Shown: positions 12,041 to 26,772 of the stretch, piece by piece
How positions within the stretch are numbered: position 1 is the first letter of the stretch
Layout of the letters: every line of letters begins with the position of its first letter
Assembly (NCBI RefSeq): GCF_009914755.1
Contig: NC_060927.1
Strand: one strand, 5' to 3'
DNA from: the human T2T-CHM13v2.0 reference genome, Homo sapiens
DNA length: 64,000 bases
Made by a program: the position numbers and the translations under genes
The notes under the pieces: model-generated
Database searches by the model: none
Told to the model about the DNA's origin: nothing
What the model saw: only the letters and a program-made list of their open reading frames with translations

Positions 12041-14714
12041 GGGGAGCACAAAGACGTGATTCTGAAACACCCTCCTTTGACCCACTTAGTGCAATGATGG
12101 ATGAAGTGTAAGTCCAAACTTGATACTTTCCTACCCCATAAATCAGTGGTCCCTTCGCCATCCTCAACAAATACCCTTCAAGTTCTTGCTCTCTGTTTGC
12201 TTCAAGCACCTTCTCTTTGCTATGGGGATGAGGGGGCTCAGTTACTTGGCTCCTGAAAGGATGGAGGCCCTATGTTCGCTGCCACCCCAGCAGCCGCCTG
12301 GAGAACCCAGGAACCTGTGAGTTTCACAGAGACACAATAAAGATGTCTCAGGTTCTGCGCTGGTATAGAAGCATGTGGCTTTTGGTCCTGCTATGCATTC
12401 CACATGCTCTGTCCTGGGACCTGGGAGATACACACTCCTTTCCTTCATTCCACCACCTCGCTAGGCATCTCCCACATGCCAGGCACTCTGCTGGACACTA
12501 GCCACAGGTCTGTCTTCAGAAGGGTTTCCACAGGGAAGTTGGGAATCAACAAATTACTTAATCACAATAGTGATTTTAAAGAAAAGTACTGGGTGGTGCA
12601 AAAGAGTAAAACAGCAGCCCATCCTGCACTAGGCACTGTGGCTGGCCTCCCTAAGGCAAGCAAGTGGAGTAGCCTGGGGAAGCGCAGGTGGTGGCCCAGC
12701 TGGAAGATGCCCTGTGGTCCCATTCTTTAGAAAAATGCTAGTTGGAGAATCACAGTAATTAAGAGACAATAAAAGCTTTTGACAGTCCAGCAAGAAAGCA
12801 ACCCATTTGTCTCTATTTAACACAGCATGTGCTTCTTTTAGAAGTACATCTATTAGTAATTCACCAGACAATAATATTTCCTGGGGAAAAAAGTTTTAGA
12901 AAAGGTGTTTAATTGCTAAAATGTCATTTTCAGTGAAAACAGGATTCACAGCCACCTCAGAAGTCTCTAGAATATTCCAGATGTTTCACTTAAAATAATT
13001 TCCTAAAAGGTCCTCAAATGTGGCAAGACTGGAATTCTGATTTTATATCAAAGATTACATTTTTAAAATACATTGGCTTGGTGTTACATATCTAGAACAT
13101 AATAATTAAAGGTTTCTTCAAGCTAGATGTTGATTTAGCTTAATCAATTACAAAAAAAGAAAAAACCCTGAATAATTGTGTGCTATTTCTGATTGTATTA
13201 GTCATTCTATGTTGCAGATCATATCATTAAAACTCTCTTTTAAAATAGTTGTTACCAGGAAATATTCAACTGTATTTACTGTATCTGAATAATTCATAAC
13301 TGTTCACTTTCAGAATAATGAAGTCATCACCTGGCTTTCTAAAAAGTCCAGTGTTTACGCATGGCTCTGGAGAAATCGTCGGATCTTTTAAAGTGAACAG
13401 TGGAGCCTTAAAACAATAAAATAAAAAACCCGTTTAAGACCTTAAATCATTAACATGTGTCGACTTAAACTTACACATACATTTGTGTTGTTTAACTAAA
13501 TATTTGAAAACCAGCCTCTCTCTCAGTTATCTGCCAGGACCCCACTCCAGGTTCCATGCATCTCTTCCTGACGCGTGGCAGCTTCCCATGCTTTTCAAGA
13601 GGCTTGCTTGGCAAGAGCTGATACTCAAATATTTTGATAAAGCTATTTTTTCCCTTAAATTATATGTCAGCATGGAGTTGGTGTGTATTTTCTGTTAATG
13701 ATTTGGAATTTTTAAAGCCATATTTCAAAAACAGACAGGCTCTTCTGAGTTAGGCTCCGCCATCCATCCTGGTTTCCTGTCTTCATTCCATCCTGAGTGC
13801 AAGAGGATGGCAGTTTTCAGTTTGCACCAGAACACAGAACCAATGAAATCCCCATATCCCAGGTTGCAGCAAATCTGGAATGTGAATTGGTCCTGTGGGA
13901 ATAGCTGGACTTGGCCCAGCACAACTCTGGGCACAGAAGGTCACCCTGAGATCAGAAGGTGAAGATAAACGCTTAAACCCCCCGTCAGCAGCAGCAACTC
14001 CTCCGACAGTGATGCTGGAGGCTGAAGGACCTGTTAAAACAAGGACTACTAATCTTATTTTTCCAATTACCCTTATCTGACATTTCTATCTCTTCCTCCT
14101 TCCCACCTCCCCACTGCTGCCTTAGAGTGACACCTTTTGGAAAAGGTTGAAACTGAAAATCCCCAGACTGCTTTCAGCCTGGACCTGACCATCCCTAAGA
14201 CTGTGTTTGTGATTTGTTTTCTCCTCATTGAAGTTTAAGCATCAAGGAGCTTTGCTTACATTGGTTGCCTCTGATCCTTCTCCTGCAAACAAATGCCCAC
14301 ATTAAGAACATTTGTTTGGGCTCCAACTCTTTGATTTTGACAACGTTTCACATTCTCCCTTTCCTCTTCTCTTCTCAGGCCTATTAACAAAACTTCACAC
14401 CATAATAAAAGAAGGATAGAGAGGAAATGTGCAAAAATACATACATCTGACTTAACAGAGTCTGTTAAATGAGAAAGTGTCAGAGTACAAATGAATGACA
14501 CTTTCTCCAAAATGCCCTTGAGCACTCTTCATTCCAGATGGGATTGGGCTCAGTGGAAGTTCCTCAAGAAAAAGGCTGTGGGGGTGTGCTTCTGGGTATG
14601 TGGTGTAGGGGTATATCTCGAGCAGCTGGGAGGCTTTATTACACGTGTGTCACAGTTCTGCAGTGTGGCAAAGAGATGGCCTTCTCTCTAACAGCCTGGG
14701 ACATTCTTGAGAAG

Positions 14715-14940
14715 CAGTATAGGGATAGTAAAGGATGTGGACTCTGAAGTCAGAAAGCCTAGGTCCCCATCAGGCCCCAGCTACATGCTGATGGTGTGAT
14801 TTTAGGAAAGGAGCTTGACCTCTATGTACGTCAGCTTCCTCTTCTACAAAATGTAAATAATAACTGCACCTTCCGGAGACCTTGTGAGGAATACGGGCAG
14901 TACAACAGCAACATGCTTGGCACACAGTAAGCATGCAACC
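14715..14940 (+). mobile_element. MIR
   Basis: ggactctgaagtcagaaagcctagg..cagcttcctcttctacaaaatg..tgtgagga..ttggcacacagtaagc. Confidence 0.75.
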
Positions 14941-15234
14941 ACCCGAGATTGTCATCAACAGTGGTATTAGCTTAAACACTAGTACTTCATTTTCAGCCTA
15001 TAAGAGGATGCATAAGCAAGACAAAGGGTTGGATTTCCATTTTTTTTTTACATTTTCCAAAAGATGCATCACATTTTTCATCTTCAGTGGAAAGGTGAAA
15101 ATTTTCACCAAGAAACCCGCTTTGTAACAAACCAAATTAATCATACACAAAATATGCATTGTTCATATTTTAATCTTACTTAGGCTAAATTCCAAACATA
15201 AAGATGAAGGAACTGGAGAAGAAAATAGAGAAGC

Positions 15235-15430
15235 ATCGCACAGTAGATCTTCCTGCAATGCTGGCAACGTTGTAACTTTTTCTGCCCAATATGTATGCCA
15301 CTAACTACATGCGGCACTTCCAATGTGTCTGGTGCAAACCAGGAAATGAATTCTTAACTTAATTTAACATTAATTAAAATTTAAATGTAAATAGTCACAG
15401 GTCTATTGGCTACTGCATTAGAAAGAACAA
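15235..15430. mobile_element. MER3-like hAT-Charlie DNA transposon
   Basis: ccaatatgtatgccactaactacatg..aatttaaatgtaaatagtcacaggtctattggctactgcattag. Confidence 0.65.
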
Positions 15431-15569
15431 TATGAGAACATACCATTTTCACAACTTTGTTGTCCAATGGTGATGTTCAGAAATTATTTCGGTCTTTGTG
15501 GAACATTTACCTTTTTTGGTCACGGGAAACAAACATTTCAATTCTTTTAAATTCAGTATAACTAATGAA

Positions 15570-16190
15570 TTACTATTTGATCTGGTGATTCTACTTTCTG
15601 GATTTATTCTAAGGATATATAATAAGGGATTTTCCCAGACGAATTTACTCTAAGGATATAATAAGCATATTCATCACAATGTTATTTATAAAAATCAGAA
15701 TAAAAGTTTGTATGTGTATGGATATATTTACATACATATACACAATACATACATACACAAACATATATGTATACAATCTTCAAAAAAATTAGTTACAAAA
15801 ATTATGGAATACGTGTGTGAGTGTGTGTGTGTGAGAGAGAGAGTGTGTGTGTGATTTAAAAGTGTTACAAAGAAATTAAATAATAAATTATGGGCACCCA
15901 ATTGTTGAGATGTTCGTCAGATATTAAACACTAAGCAAAAAGATTTAACGTAAAGGAAAGATGCTCATGAAATCTTAAGTGAGGAAAGCAGGTGGTAAAT
16001 GGTAGATACAATACAATCTCAACTATGTGTTGGGATTTTTTTGCATATTCGTAGGAGAAAAGACTAGAGGGAAATGTATCAAAATATTCATGATGGGTTT
16101 GTTTCTAGGTTTAGGGATTTCACATACTCTATTATATATTTCTTTGTACTTATTGATAAAAATATGTATTACAAATGTTTACAAAAAGAG
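15570..16190 (+). mobile_element. Degenerate L1ME-like fragments with (GT)n/(GA)n microsatellite at 15812-15853
   Basis: tactatttgatctggtgattctactttctgg..tattcatcacaatgttatttata..agactagagggaaatgtatcaaaatatt. Confidence 0.5.
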
Positions 16191-16259
16191 TAATTAAACC
16201 AATTTCAACTAAGAAAGATCTGCCTAGGAAATATTTCTGATCCCATGGAAAAAGCAGTT

Positions 16260-16680
16260 GCAGGTAAACATAGCCTCTAAAGGAGAGGTATGAAGCAGTC
16301 CTCCAGAAAAAGATGGGGCCCTCTGGCGGCAGTTACAATGGCAGCTAACTTTAGCCAAAATGACCTTAAGATGGGCTACTCTTTAAGGCAGGGGTACTTT
16401 GGTTCTGAGAGTCCCTTAGATTATACTGGTTATAATCCGGTGGGGAGAGCCCAGTTGTTGGTGACTCTAGAGCTGTCAACAGTAATTCCTGCCGCCTCCA
16501 CCCTGCCCCACAATGCACTTTACTCATTTCACTTTGTTCTCTAATAAAGTTCCTATGGGTTTTGGAAGTCCAATATGTTCATTTTCTTTCTTGTTTTGTT
16601 TGGTGCTTTGTTTAGTATTGTCCGATTTTGTTATTATAATTTTGTTTCTTCAGCACTCAAAATAAGCTGTGAGGCCCTAG
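16260..16680 (+). mobile_element. Possible ancient LTR remnant (family not identified)
   Basis: GC-richer block ending in ctctAATAAAgttcc followed by GT-rich tract, LTR R/U5-like layout. Confidence 0.25.
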
Positions 16681-17552
16681 AAAATCAAAACCATTTGTCC
16701 AGGCTACTTGGCCACCTCCATTAGCAGAGTCTGTTCATTCCCATTCAACAAATCAGGGTGGTGTTCTCAAACAAACCCACTTTCTTATAATGCAAGGATC
16801 AGTGCTGGGACAATTCCAAGGAAGGAGAAGAAAATGGGTTTCCTTTACTTTGAGTTCCCCTACTGACTTGGCTCTGGAAGAGACACCTATTGATGATGAC
16901 AAATTTCTATCAGCTCAAATCAAGCCTGACTCCAAGCCTGATACCTCAGGATCCTTGCATCACAAGATCTACCTTGAACAATAGGGAGTGGCTTCCCTAT
17001 ATGTCACCTTGCTCTTTTAAGCACACAGAGTCCAAAGCACCCTTGCATCCTCCACCTGGCACAGCCTCTTCTCAAACACACAGTAGATAGTCAACAGATG
17101 TGGGAGGGAGGTTGGAAGGGAGAAAAGAAGAAAAGGAGCCATACTGTAGAAAGGTAATCATTACTGGTGATTTAGATAATATCCTATTTGATTCTCACAT
17201 ATTCCCAAAGAAGCAGACCATTTAAATGATAGATAACTTAAGCTCAGAAAGGGTAAAGGATTTTCAAGTGGTTTACTTTTTACCAGGATGTAAGACTGAT
17301 TGTTGAATACAAATATAATGGAAGAAGTGTTAGAGGGGACTCTACTGAGAGGCTCTGGGAGGAAACCCAGGACCACAAGACCCTCAAGAGCAAGAAAATC
17401 CCTGGCTCATTTTCTATCACATAGTCAGCACCAACAAATGCGTGGATGAACATAAATTAGTGATGGATCTTGGGTCTCTTTTGTTTCACTGGAGTAGAAT
17501 AGTCATTATCTGTTTTGATCCCAGCACTGTTCCAAAATGCCTTAGTTGATTT

Positions 17553-18065
17553 TTGTATTCTATTTCAGTTTTCCATTATTGTACAATAAATTATAGTAAA
17601 CTTGGCTGCTTATAGTTCTACAGGTCAGAAGTCTAGGCAAGGTGTGACTGGGGTCTCCACTTAGAGTCTCATAAGGTTGCTATCAAGATATTGGCAGGCT
17701 GCTTTCTCATCTGGAGCAGCTCAGGGTCCTCTTCCAAGCTCATGGAGTTGAAAGATTATTCGATTCCTTGCAGATGTGGGTCTGAGGTCACCTTGTCATG
17801 TCCAGCTCATTGAAGCCACCTGTATTCTTTGCCGCACAGTCCCCTCAAATCTTTAAAGCCAGCAAATGGAGAATCTCCCTCACATCAAATCCATCTCATG
17901 CTTTAACTCTCCTTCTTCTGTAAAAGCCCAGTCCCATTTAAGGGCTCACCTTAAGGATTAATTAAGTCAGGCCCACCAAAGATAATGTCCCTTTCTTAAA
18001 GTCAACTGTGCCAAATAACATGCTTAATCACGTGAGTGACATCCCATCACTTCCACAGTCACTAT
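17553..18065 (-). mobile_element. MaLR LTR (MLT1E-like)
   Basis: agttctacaggtcagaagtct..tcttccaagctca..aagggctcacc..caggcccaccaaagataat..aaagtcaactg. Confidence 0.7.
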
Positions 18066-21000
18066 CCATAAGATCGATGAGGCCATTCCCATACTCTGAA
18101 GGAAGAATCCCTCCACAAAATATCATAGCTTTGAAGACTTCAGCAGATAATTTTCATGTTGTAAATGCCGTCTAGTCCCAAGGATGACTACACACTAGGT
18201 GAAGCAACATTCGAATCAGTGACTTGATACCGACTGAATCAGGATATGAAATTGACTTTCTTAAGAGTCATGTGATAAAAATGTCATAATTGTGTTCCCT
18301 TTTTATAAAACAAACCATCACACACAAACACAGACACATGCATTTTAAGTGTCATGTTCAGCAATAGCTACCAGTGCATCTTATGCTAACCCATAGATAC
18401 CACCAGCAGGTACTGGTTTCCTTATTATTATAATTCAGGTAAGTAAAAAAATCACAGTAAAGCTTCATCATCCTCCAACTAAATATATCCTCCAGACTGC
18501 TGGCTTGGTTAGCTCCTCAGTGGGAGGAAAGCAAAAACCAGACATAACGTGCCAGAATGAAGTCTTCCGCTTCAATTTCTCCTTTATTTAAAACATTTTA
18601 TAGGGGCTTTATGTTGACCCTATTGCTTCAGGAGAAGGAAATCCTCCCAAATGCGTCCCTAGGGCACAGCATCCCCCACAGTGACTTGGCTCCCTCCTCT
18701 CGGCGATTACTGCGACATGGAAAAAGTTCTTAATTGGTTAACCTTGGGAAAAATCACTTCATACAGGGAAAACTCAGAACAAAGACGCCCACCCAAACAG
18801 TCCGTTCTCCCCACGTACAAAGCGGCTGGTAAGGAGTATGAGAGGCACCACATGAGCAAGGCTGACCGACAGAACTTAGCTGCATTTTAAAGCTAAATAG
18901 AGGGTTCCTATGCTTTCCTTCCATCTCCAAATGGAATAAGTATTCACACAATCACAAGAGTAGATCCGCTAAACCTTGCCTCTCTTCCAGTCATCAGCGT
19001 GCTGCTCAGCATCCTCTTTGTACCCCAGGGAAGGAGACTGCTTTCTGGCCATCCAGCTGAACTAATGAGAGTGGGGTTTTGACACTGGGCTCCTAGGACC
19101 AGTTACTCTGCTTCTCACCTGGCTCCACACCAGAGATTATCCCCTAGCCCCTGCCAGGGGCTGTGATTTATCCCAAGGGAGCCTGGCGGAGAGTGGGCGG
19201 ATGGCAAAGGTCAAATTCAGCCCACTCCTATAAAAACAACCAAAGTACACATCCTGATGTGCATAATTTTCATGCTTAAAATCAGCAACTTTTGTCTTTC
19301 TGGATTATCTTGATTCATGGAAACATTCACTGTTCATCTGGGCAGAAACAAAACATACTCACATCTTAACATGTGACACTTTCACAACTGGGATGAAAAG
19401 CTATCTGCCAGATTGTACCATTTATATTCACCTATTAAACTCCAAGCTTCACCAAATACCTGTATCATGCTTTGGAAATAGACATCTATGTTTTCCCCAA
19501 AAGACACATTTTCTACGATGTATGTCTTTAAACTATATTTTCAAAATAAATGATTTTCCCTAGTAGCTCTTCTCTGATTAAAAAAAATTCACCATTTTCA
19601 TTACCAATATGAGATTATAGTCTAGTCTCCTATAAAGTGATTAAACATAACTCTGCATCAAATGTAACTCTGGTATCAAATAGTCTCAAGACAAATAAAA
19701 GTGAAAACATTGGATTCCTTGCTTTTTAAATGCCAAATGTTCACTCAAGGATCTGATTGCTTCAGCTGGGACTTTTTCTTTCTTGTACAGCTTCTGAAAT
19801 ATTTAAATTGCTTTGTTTAAAAATATTTCTCCTTATTTTTCCTCTCATTTCTTCAAGAATATATAGCTATAATAAAACCATGATACCCAGAGTTCAAGAG
19901 GAAAAACAGCCTCATTATTTAAAATAAGTAATAATTATACATATATCGAAATGAATACCCCATTTTGATGGGTCACATTCAGAAACCTTAAAGGCACCTC
20001 TATCTGGGCAATAGTTCCTTTTGGACTAAAAACAATTAGGCTGTGTAATTTTGTGCTGAATCCCTTCAGATAACTGTGTACGCACAGCCAGGCCACTTTC
20101 TCACTGGCATGGAGGCCAGGGCTGTCAGGCCCACTCCTCTGGTTAATGTCAGTAGCACTATGTATAAAAGGTGACTCCAGTGTGTACAAATGTTGATCTT
20201 TAGAGAAGTCATGCCTAGACTCACACACACATCCACTCTTTTGCCCAGTAGGTCAACAGCAGGAACAGAGGGCAGCCCAGGAAGGGACTTGCCAAGAGCA
20301 GAGGCTTATTTGTTAGGTTACATAGCCCTCGGGGACTTTCTTGCCTGAGATTAATCCATAATCCTGTTTCGTGTTTAAAAATTCAGGTTCTAAAAGCCTT
20401 GCCTATGAGACATTTTCAGAGGTGATGGAGAAATGTTCTCATGTACAGCAACAAATTAAGTGCCAGTGCAAGTGAGCACTGACAAGAAAGGAACTGTGTG
20501 GAATAGGTGGCACAACATTTTTGCCCTCATCCAAAATCATTTCTTTAAAGTTCCAAAATGGATACAGATCATATTTTAATGGCCAGAGTACCATAGGTAA
20601 AAATAGAATAAACACACACACACAAGTTGAAACCATCTATGGCTTTTCTGATTGCTGCACAAGTAAAGCAAAATCAAGATGCCCCCTGATCGAAAATACA
20701 GCAGAGGTTCTGAAGAAATATAATATTCGCTGATGTGACTTCCAAACTAAATTTCATCTGAATACCAAATAGTAAGAAGAGCCCTCATCTCAGCTTTGAA
20801 CAATCCTATTTTTATTACATCAAAATTGTTTCTTCCCTTGCCAACCTCATTCTACCCCTTTTTGCTACAAACTTAATGTCCAGAAAGCTTCCTTTTACAA
20901 CTCTAGCAGACCCAACCAAAAAAAGCAGGAATTCCTAATGCTGCAGAAACCATCATGAACATGTTCTCATCTGGATGAGTCTAATAAAGTATAACTCACT

Positions 21001-21413
21001 CTACTCTTCAGTGAAGAAAGAAAGCGTCTGGGGGGAAACACATTTCTGAACAAGATGGCCATGTGAACTCCTCAACACCCTAGACCACCGAGGTGTGGAC
21101 AGAGCCAGCTGGCCTCGTGGCATCTTCTCCTTCAATTTAGACAGAAAGAAAAGCATGACAGTTAATAATCCACATTGCCATTTCAATGTGTGACTCAGCC
21201 CGTTTTCACGGTCATTCCTGCTAAGGTTTAACTTACAGTGTTTGGCAACAGAGCTGACCTTTTAAAAGCCAAAGGTGAGCATGGGAAGAGCATTTTCTCC
21301 CCAGATGCAACTTCTCTAGTCTAACAAAAGCAGCTCCCGTTTCCAAATATGAACAAAAAAGGAGACAAATCACCAAGCTTGTTGCCTATGTCTTGATGTG
21401 TTTCACGTTCTTC

Positions 21414-21693
21414 TTTTTGAGACAGAGTCTCACTCTGTTGCCCAAGCTGCAGTGCAGTGGCTCAATCTCGGCTCACTGCAACCTCTGCCTCCTGGGTTCA
21501 AGCAATTCTCCTGCCTCAGCCTCCTGAGTAGCTAGGACCACAGGCATGCACCATCACGCCCAGCTAATTTTTGTATTTTTAGTAGAGATGGGGTTTCACC
21601 ATGTTAGTCAGGTTGGTCTCGAACTCCTGACCTCAAGCAATCCACCTGCCTCAGCCTCCCAAAGTGCTGGGATTACAGGCGTGAGCCACCACG
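21414..21693 (-). mobile_element. AluSx/Sz with almost no A-tail
   Basis: Alu body; TSD cac(g/a)ttcttcttttt at 21404-21418 and 21694-21708. Confidence 0.93.
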
Positions 21694-21736
21694 CACATTC
21701 TTCTTTTTACTTTTTTTGTGGACCTCACAGTTTGGA

Positions 21737-21774
21737 GTAGTGGTGGTGGTGGTGGTGGTGGTCGTGTGTGTGTG
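21737..21774 (+). repeat. (GGT)n + (GT)n compound microsatellite
   Basis: gtagtggtggtggtggtggtggtggtcgtgtgtgtgtg. Confidence 0.85.
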
Positions 21775-21969
21775 CAGCATCCCTCCCGCCCCCTCCCTCC
21801 ATAGGCCCTAGCACACGCTCTTCCACTTAACAGTAACTCCGAGGGGAAGTCACCATTTGTATAGGTGGAGGAAGCCAAAACCCTACAACAGAGCAGACTA
21901 AGGAATTTTCACACCTATAAGCATTGACTTCCAAAATCAAAATATAATTTTGAAAGAGGCGGTATAGTA

Positions 21970-22440
21970 TCTATTGCCTTGCAAATAAAACCCCAACTCC
22001 TTCCTGCAGCTGACAAGGGCCCTGTATTGTCAAGACCCCTACTCAACTACATCCCATGCAACCCTTGCCTTGTAGAATCTGTTCTTTCTTACCATGCCTT
22101 GTTTCCAGGCCCCTTCTCCCAAACTCTTCAAATAGCAGGCATCTTCTAAACTGTCAGGTCTTGGCATAAATGTCACCACCTCCCAAAGGCCCTTCTGAGT
22201 CCCTTCAGATAAAGGAGCTGCCTGCCTCCCACCTGTCCCTGGTATTCTTCATCTCAGCTCCAAGTTGGATTTCCTCATAGCATGTGTCACAATTTTAAAT
22301 GACTTTACTTAAGAATTTCCTTCTATGTACCTTCCCATTTCCTTCACAAGGCTTTTTGCTCCATGTCTAACTTACTCCTCCTGTATTTGTAATACCCATC
22401 CTGAGGCCTGGCACATGGCTGACACTTAGTAAGTACTCAC
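21970..22440 (+). mobile_element. L2 3' fragment
   Basis: aataaaaccccaactcctt..caagggccctg..aatgtcaccacctcccaaaggcccttctga..gcctggcacatgg. Confidence 0.6.
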
Positions 22441-22485
22441 CTGACTCATAACTAGAATTAGCAAAAACAATACCTGATGTTTATG

Positions 22486-22968
<483 letters not shown>

Positions 22969-23569
22969 TTCACACAATATTGCCCACTTTCCAAAGGGCA
23001 TTCAAACACAGATGTTGTAGGCCTGCCTGTAATCGGGAAAGGAAGAGTGAGCACCATTTTGCAGGAGACTTATCTTTACAGGCAAAGAGGCTGTGAACAT
23101 TCATCCTGGAAAAGACCCCATGTTGATGAGTGTTTCTGTGTTTGGGGGAGTCTCTGTGAAAGGAACCAATTTATGCAAAGGATTCCCTGGCTCATTTCTA
23201 TTCAATCAGAGGGTGATCTGGCTGAGTATGATGATGCCGCAGCCATATCACTGGCATGGGAATCCTGCCTTTTCTGTAGTGATGGCCCAGATGATAGGGG
23301 TGCTTGCCTCCCAGTCTTCATCTTGAGGGTAAGGTTTCCTGAAAACAGATACTGCCTTGTCATGTATGCACCCTGGCCTTCACCCAACACCTAGCACACA
23401 GTGGTGAATCAGAAAGTGTCTGCAAAAGAACCAGTAGCTGAAGTAGTGGTGATGTCACCTGTATTGCTGGGAGAAAACATGCAAGAGGGCTTTGCTTGCC
23501 GGATTTATCAGTAGGCTAGTAGCTTTTATATGGTAAAGTGGTTCAAAAACATGCTGGGTAGAGAAAGAA

Positions 23570-23785
23570 TGCAAGACTTAGAGTTAAGAAAGATCCCAGT
23601 TCAAATCCCGGCCACTTGCTCCTGTATGTCTTTGGCCAAGGTAGCTAGCCTTGCTGAGCCTCTGATTCCTTAACTGTAAATGGAGATATCATGCCCTGCT
23701 GCACAGGGCTCTTGTGAGGATTATGTGAGATTGCAGGATAAAGTGTCTAGAATAGCATCAGGTACGTACTCAGTGCCAAGATGCT
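23570..23785 (+). mobile_element. MIR
   Basis: agttcaaatcccggccacttgc..ctgagcctctgattccttaactgtaaatggagat..tgtgaggatta. Confidence 0.7.
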
Positions 23786-23984
23786 GTAATGACCCATATT
23801 AGCATTATTGCTTAATTGTTTGACTGGAGAAAATGAATCAGAGGTCTTTGTCTCTGATATAATGTGTATTCTGTAATTTGATGTAACAGAGCTACAGAAG
23901 GGCATTCCTGCCCACCCCATAGTTTTCAGTGTGATGGGAGAGATCCATCAGTATAAAACATGAGGAAACACAGACGCTGAGTTT

Positions 23985-24200
23985 GGACTGATGAAGGCTC
24001 AGATCCCTTCTCTGCCACTTACCAGCTGTGTGACCTTGAGCAAGCCACTTACACTCTCTGGGCTTCTGCATTTGTAGATTGGAGATAATAACACACTTCA
24101 CTCAGGGTCATAGCAAGGACTGGAGATTAAAATATCCATGAAACACTCAGCCCTGTGCCTAGCCCTTAGTAAGCACTTGATAAACGATAAGTATTATTTA
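23985..24200 (+). mobile_element. MIR
   Basis: ctctgccacttaccagctgtgtgaccttgagcaagccactta..tagtaagcacttgataaa. Confidence 0.8.
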
Positions 24201-24360
24201 CTAAAACCAACAATAGGCAGGGCAGAATTCCACCTCTGCTACAGAAGAGGCAGACAGGGAGGAGCAGAGTGTTAGAGGCAAAAACAAAGAGGGGACGATA
24301 CATTGGGAAAAGCAACACACAGGGAGAGGAGGCTTCCCAGAAGTGATAGCGTTTAAATGA

Positions 24361-24652
24361 CAGGGGTCACCAACTCAAAGGCTGGTAGGGCGAAGCAGTT
24401 ATTGTCAAGGCCTGATGCTGGCCAGGAAGGGAAATGCCCTTTAGCTGCTGCTAATTTCCACCATGTAAACATGCAGGTTCTACGTGGCCAGATCCCCTGA
24501 TTTATCAAAAGAAGCAAACATATCTGAATTTTCCTGAAAAAAATCTTATTTTTTAATTAGTGCTTCAATCAAAGAGAAAAATATCCTGCCTGAATTGAAC
24601 TACACACATTATAGGCCACATCTGGATCATGAATGATCAGTTTTGAGGCCTT
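24361..24652 (+). mobile_element. MER102-like hAT-Charlie DNA transposon
   Basis: caggggtcaccaactcaaa..gtggccagatcccctgatttatcaaaagaagc..ggccacatctgg..cagttttgaggcct. Confidence 0.6.
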
Positions 24653-26409
24653 ATTTTAAAGGATGACTAGAGTTTTGTCAAGCAGGGTTGGTGGAAAGAG
24701 CATTCTAGCAAGGAAAGAGTATGGGCTGGGACAGGGAGGCAGGAAAGGCCAGGAAATGTTCAGAAAGCAGAATTCTGCTCCAGGGGACTGAGAGTGAACA
24801 GAGGAGGAAAGGAAGAGTCAGGGAGCGATGCTCAGACGGAGAAGCCTTCCAGGGAGAGATGTGGGCTGGGCTGGCAGGTGAGTCCGAGAATGCTGACAAG
24901 GAGAAGGAAGGAGTTAGAAATGATAGAAGAGCAGCCAGCTGGCCGGTCACTCTCTTCCCCTCTTTGGGACGCAGTTTTCCTTGCTATAAACTGAGCTCAT
25001 GAATTAGATGAGCTTTAAGCCCTCTTCTAGCCCCATCCATAACATTCAGGGGGGTCACCACAACTCCTACACGTTGGGTTGCCATATCAGCTCCTGTGCT
25101 CTAGGTTCTGGGGGATGCTGTTCTAGCTTACCATCAAGGAAGAAAAGGGTCACGTGCCTGCCCCAAGGACCACCTTTTCTAGCCATAGGGGACAAGCTAA
25201 CTTAAGTAATGCAGAGAAAACTGTGGGCAATAAGTATAGAGTCAATCCTGACATGAAGTAGTCCCTCGAATAATAACACATGCATCTTCATTGAATACCC
25301 ATTTTGAGCCAGACTCTGGCCCACTTACCGGACAGAACAATGTCTAAGGTCCCACTATTATTTCCATGTTACAGATCAGGCACAGGATGGTTAAATAGGT
25401 CTACAGCCAAAAAGCTGGAAAATGGTAGGACCAGCAGTCAAACAGGAAGTCAGTCTAATGCCAGCCCCTTCCATCTCGGCCCCTCTGCCAAGCTGCCTTC
25501 CTCTAGATCCTTTCATATCCGTGTTTCGGTGCTGCACTTCTTTCACAATGGCGTCTGAAATTATGTGTTGGTATAACTCAACTGGGAACATTCCTTGGCC
25601 ACATCAGGACAGACTAAAAACCAGAGTTCCCTCTCCTGCTCCAGAAGGTGGCCAAAAGTTTGAGTCCTGGGGAGTTTTGTACTTCTCTTGATACAGAGGA
25701 GAGATAAAAGGTCTTTGTTCCCAAGAATCTGGGATCTTGGTCCAAGGAGTCAAATTGTCAGAATGAGTTTGAATAAGCAGGGAGTAGCTGGGCTTGGAGA
25801 GATGGGGATTTCTGCCTGCGGTGGCTGTGTAGATCTCACAGACAGAAGGGGTTTGAAGTGCATTCCATTCCAAGAAGCTCCCCAGAGCAGGGAGACAAGA
25901 AGCAGAGGACTGAAACCTAAGGGTAAAGGTTCAGGCAGCCATGGGAGGGAGTGTGTCAGCAACTATCTTTGGCACGGACCCTGAGCATCCCGGAGGCAGC
26001 CACCCTGGGACAAAGACCACAGGCCTTCCCTCAATCACTCTGAGCAAATTAAGAGAACCCTGAGGGACAGAGAGGGACCCTCATAAAGTCTGAGATTTAT
26101 TTTTCTACCAAACATGACAGATGAGGTGAGGGGTTGTCAATTAACATTTAATTTGACTTAGAAAACACAAAATATTAGGTTTTTGCATCCAAATATCATG
26201 GGATAAATTTGGCCAATGATAATCATTTACGTGGAAAAATATTTATATTGAGAAGGCCTCATTTGTTTGAGGAATTTTGTCCATGTGAATACAAAAAGCC
26301 TTCCCTCTCTCACATACATATACGTTATGTATTCAGGTTGTTTTTTTTCTCTAAATATTCTGTTTAGGTTGAATCAATGACTAGTCTATAAGATAAAGGT
26401 AAAACTCTA

Positions 26410-26772
<363 letters not shown>

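Noticed and set aside
15602-15665. Short direct repeat attta(t/c)tctaaggatata(ta)ataag
   Set aside because: Ordinary local duplication in decayed L1.
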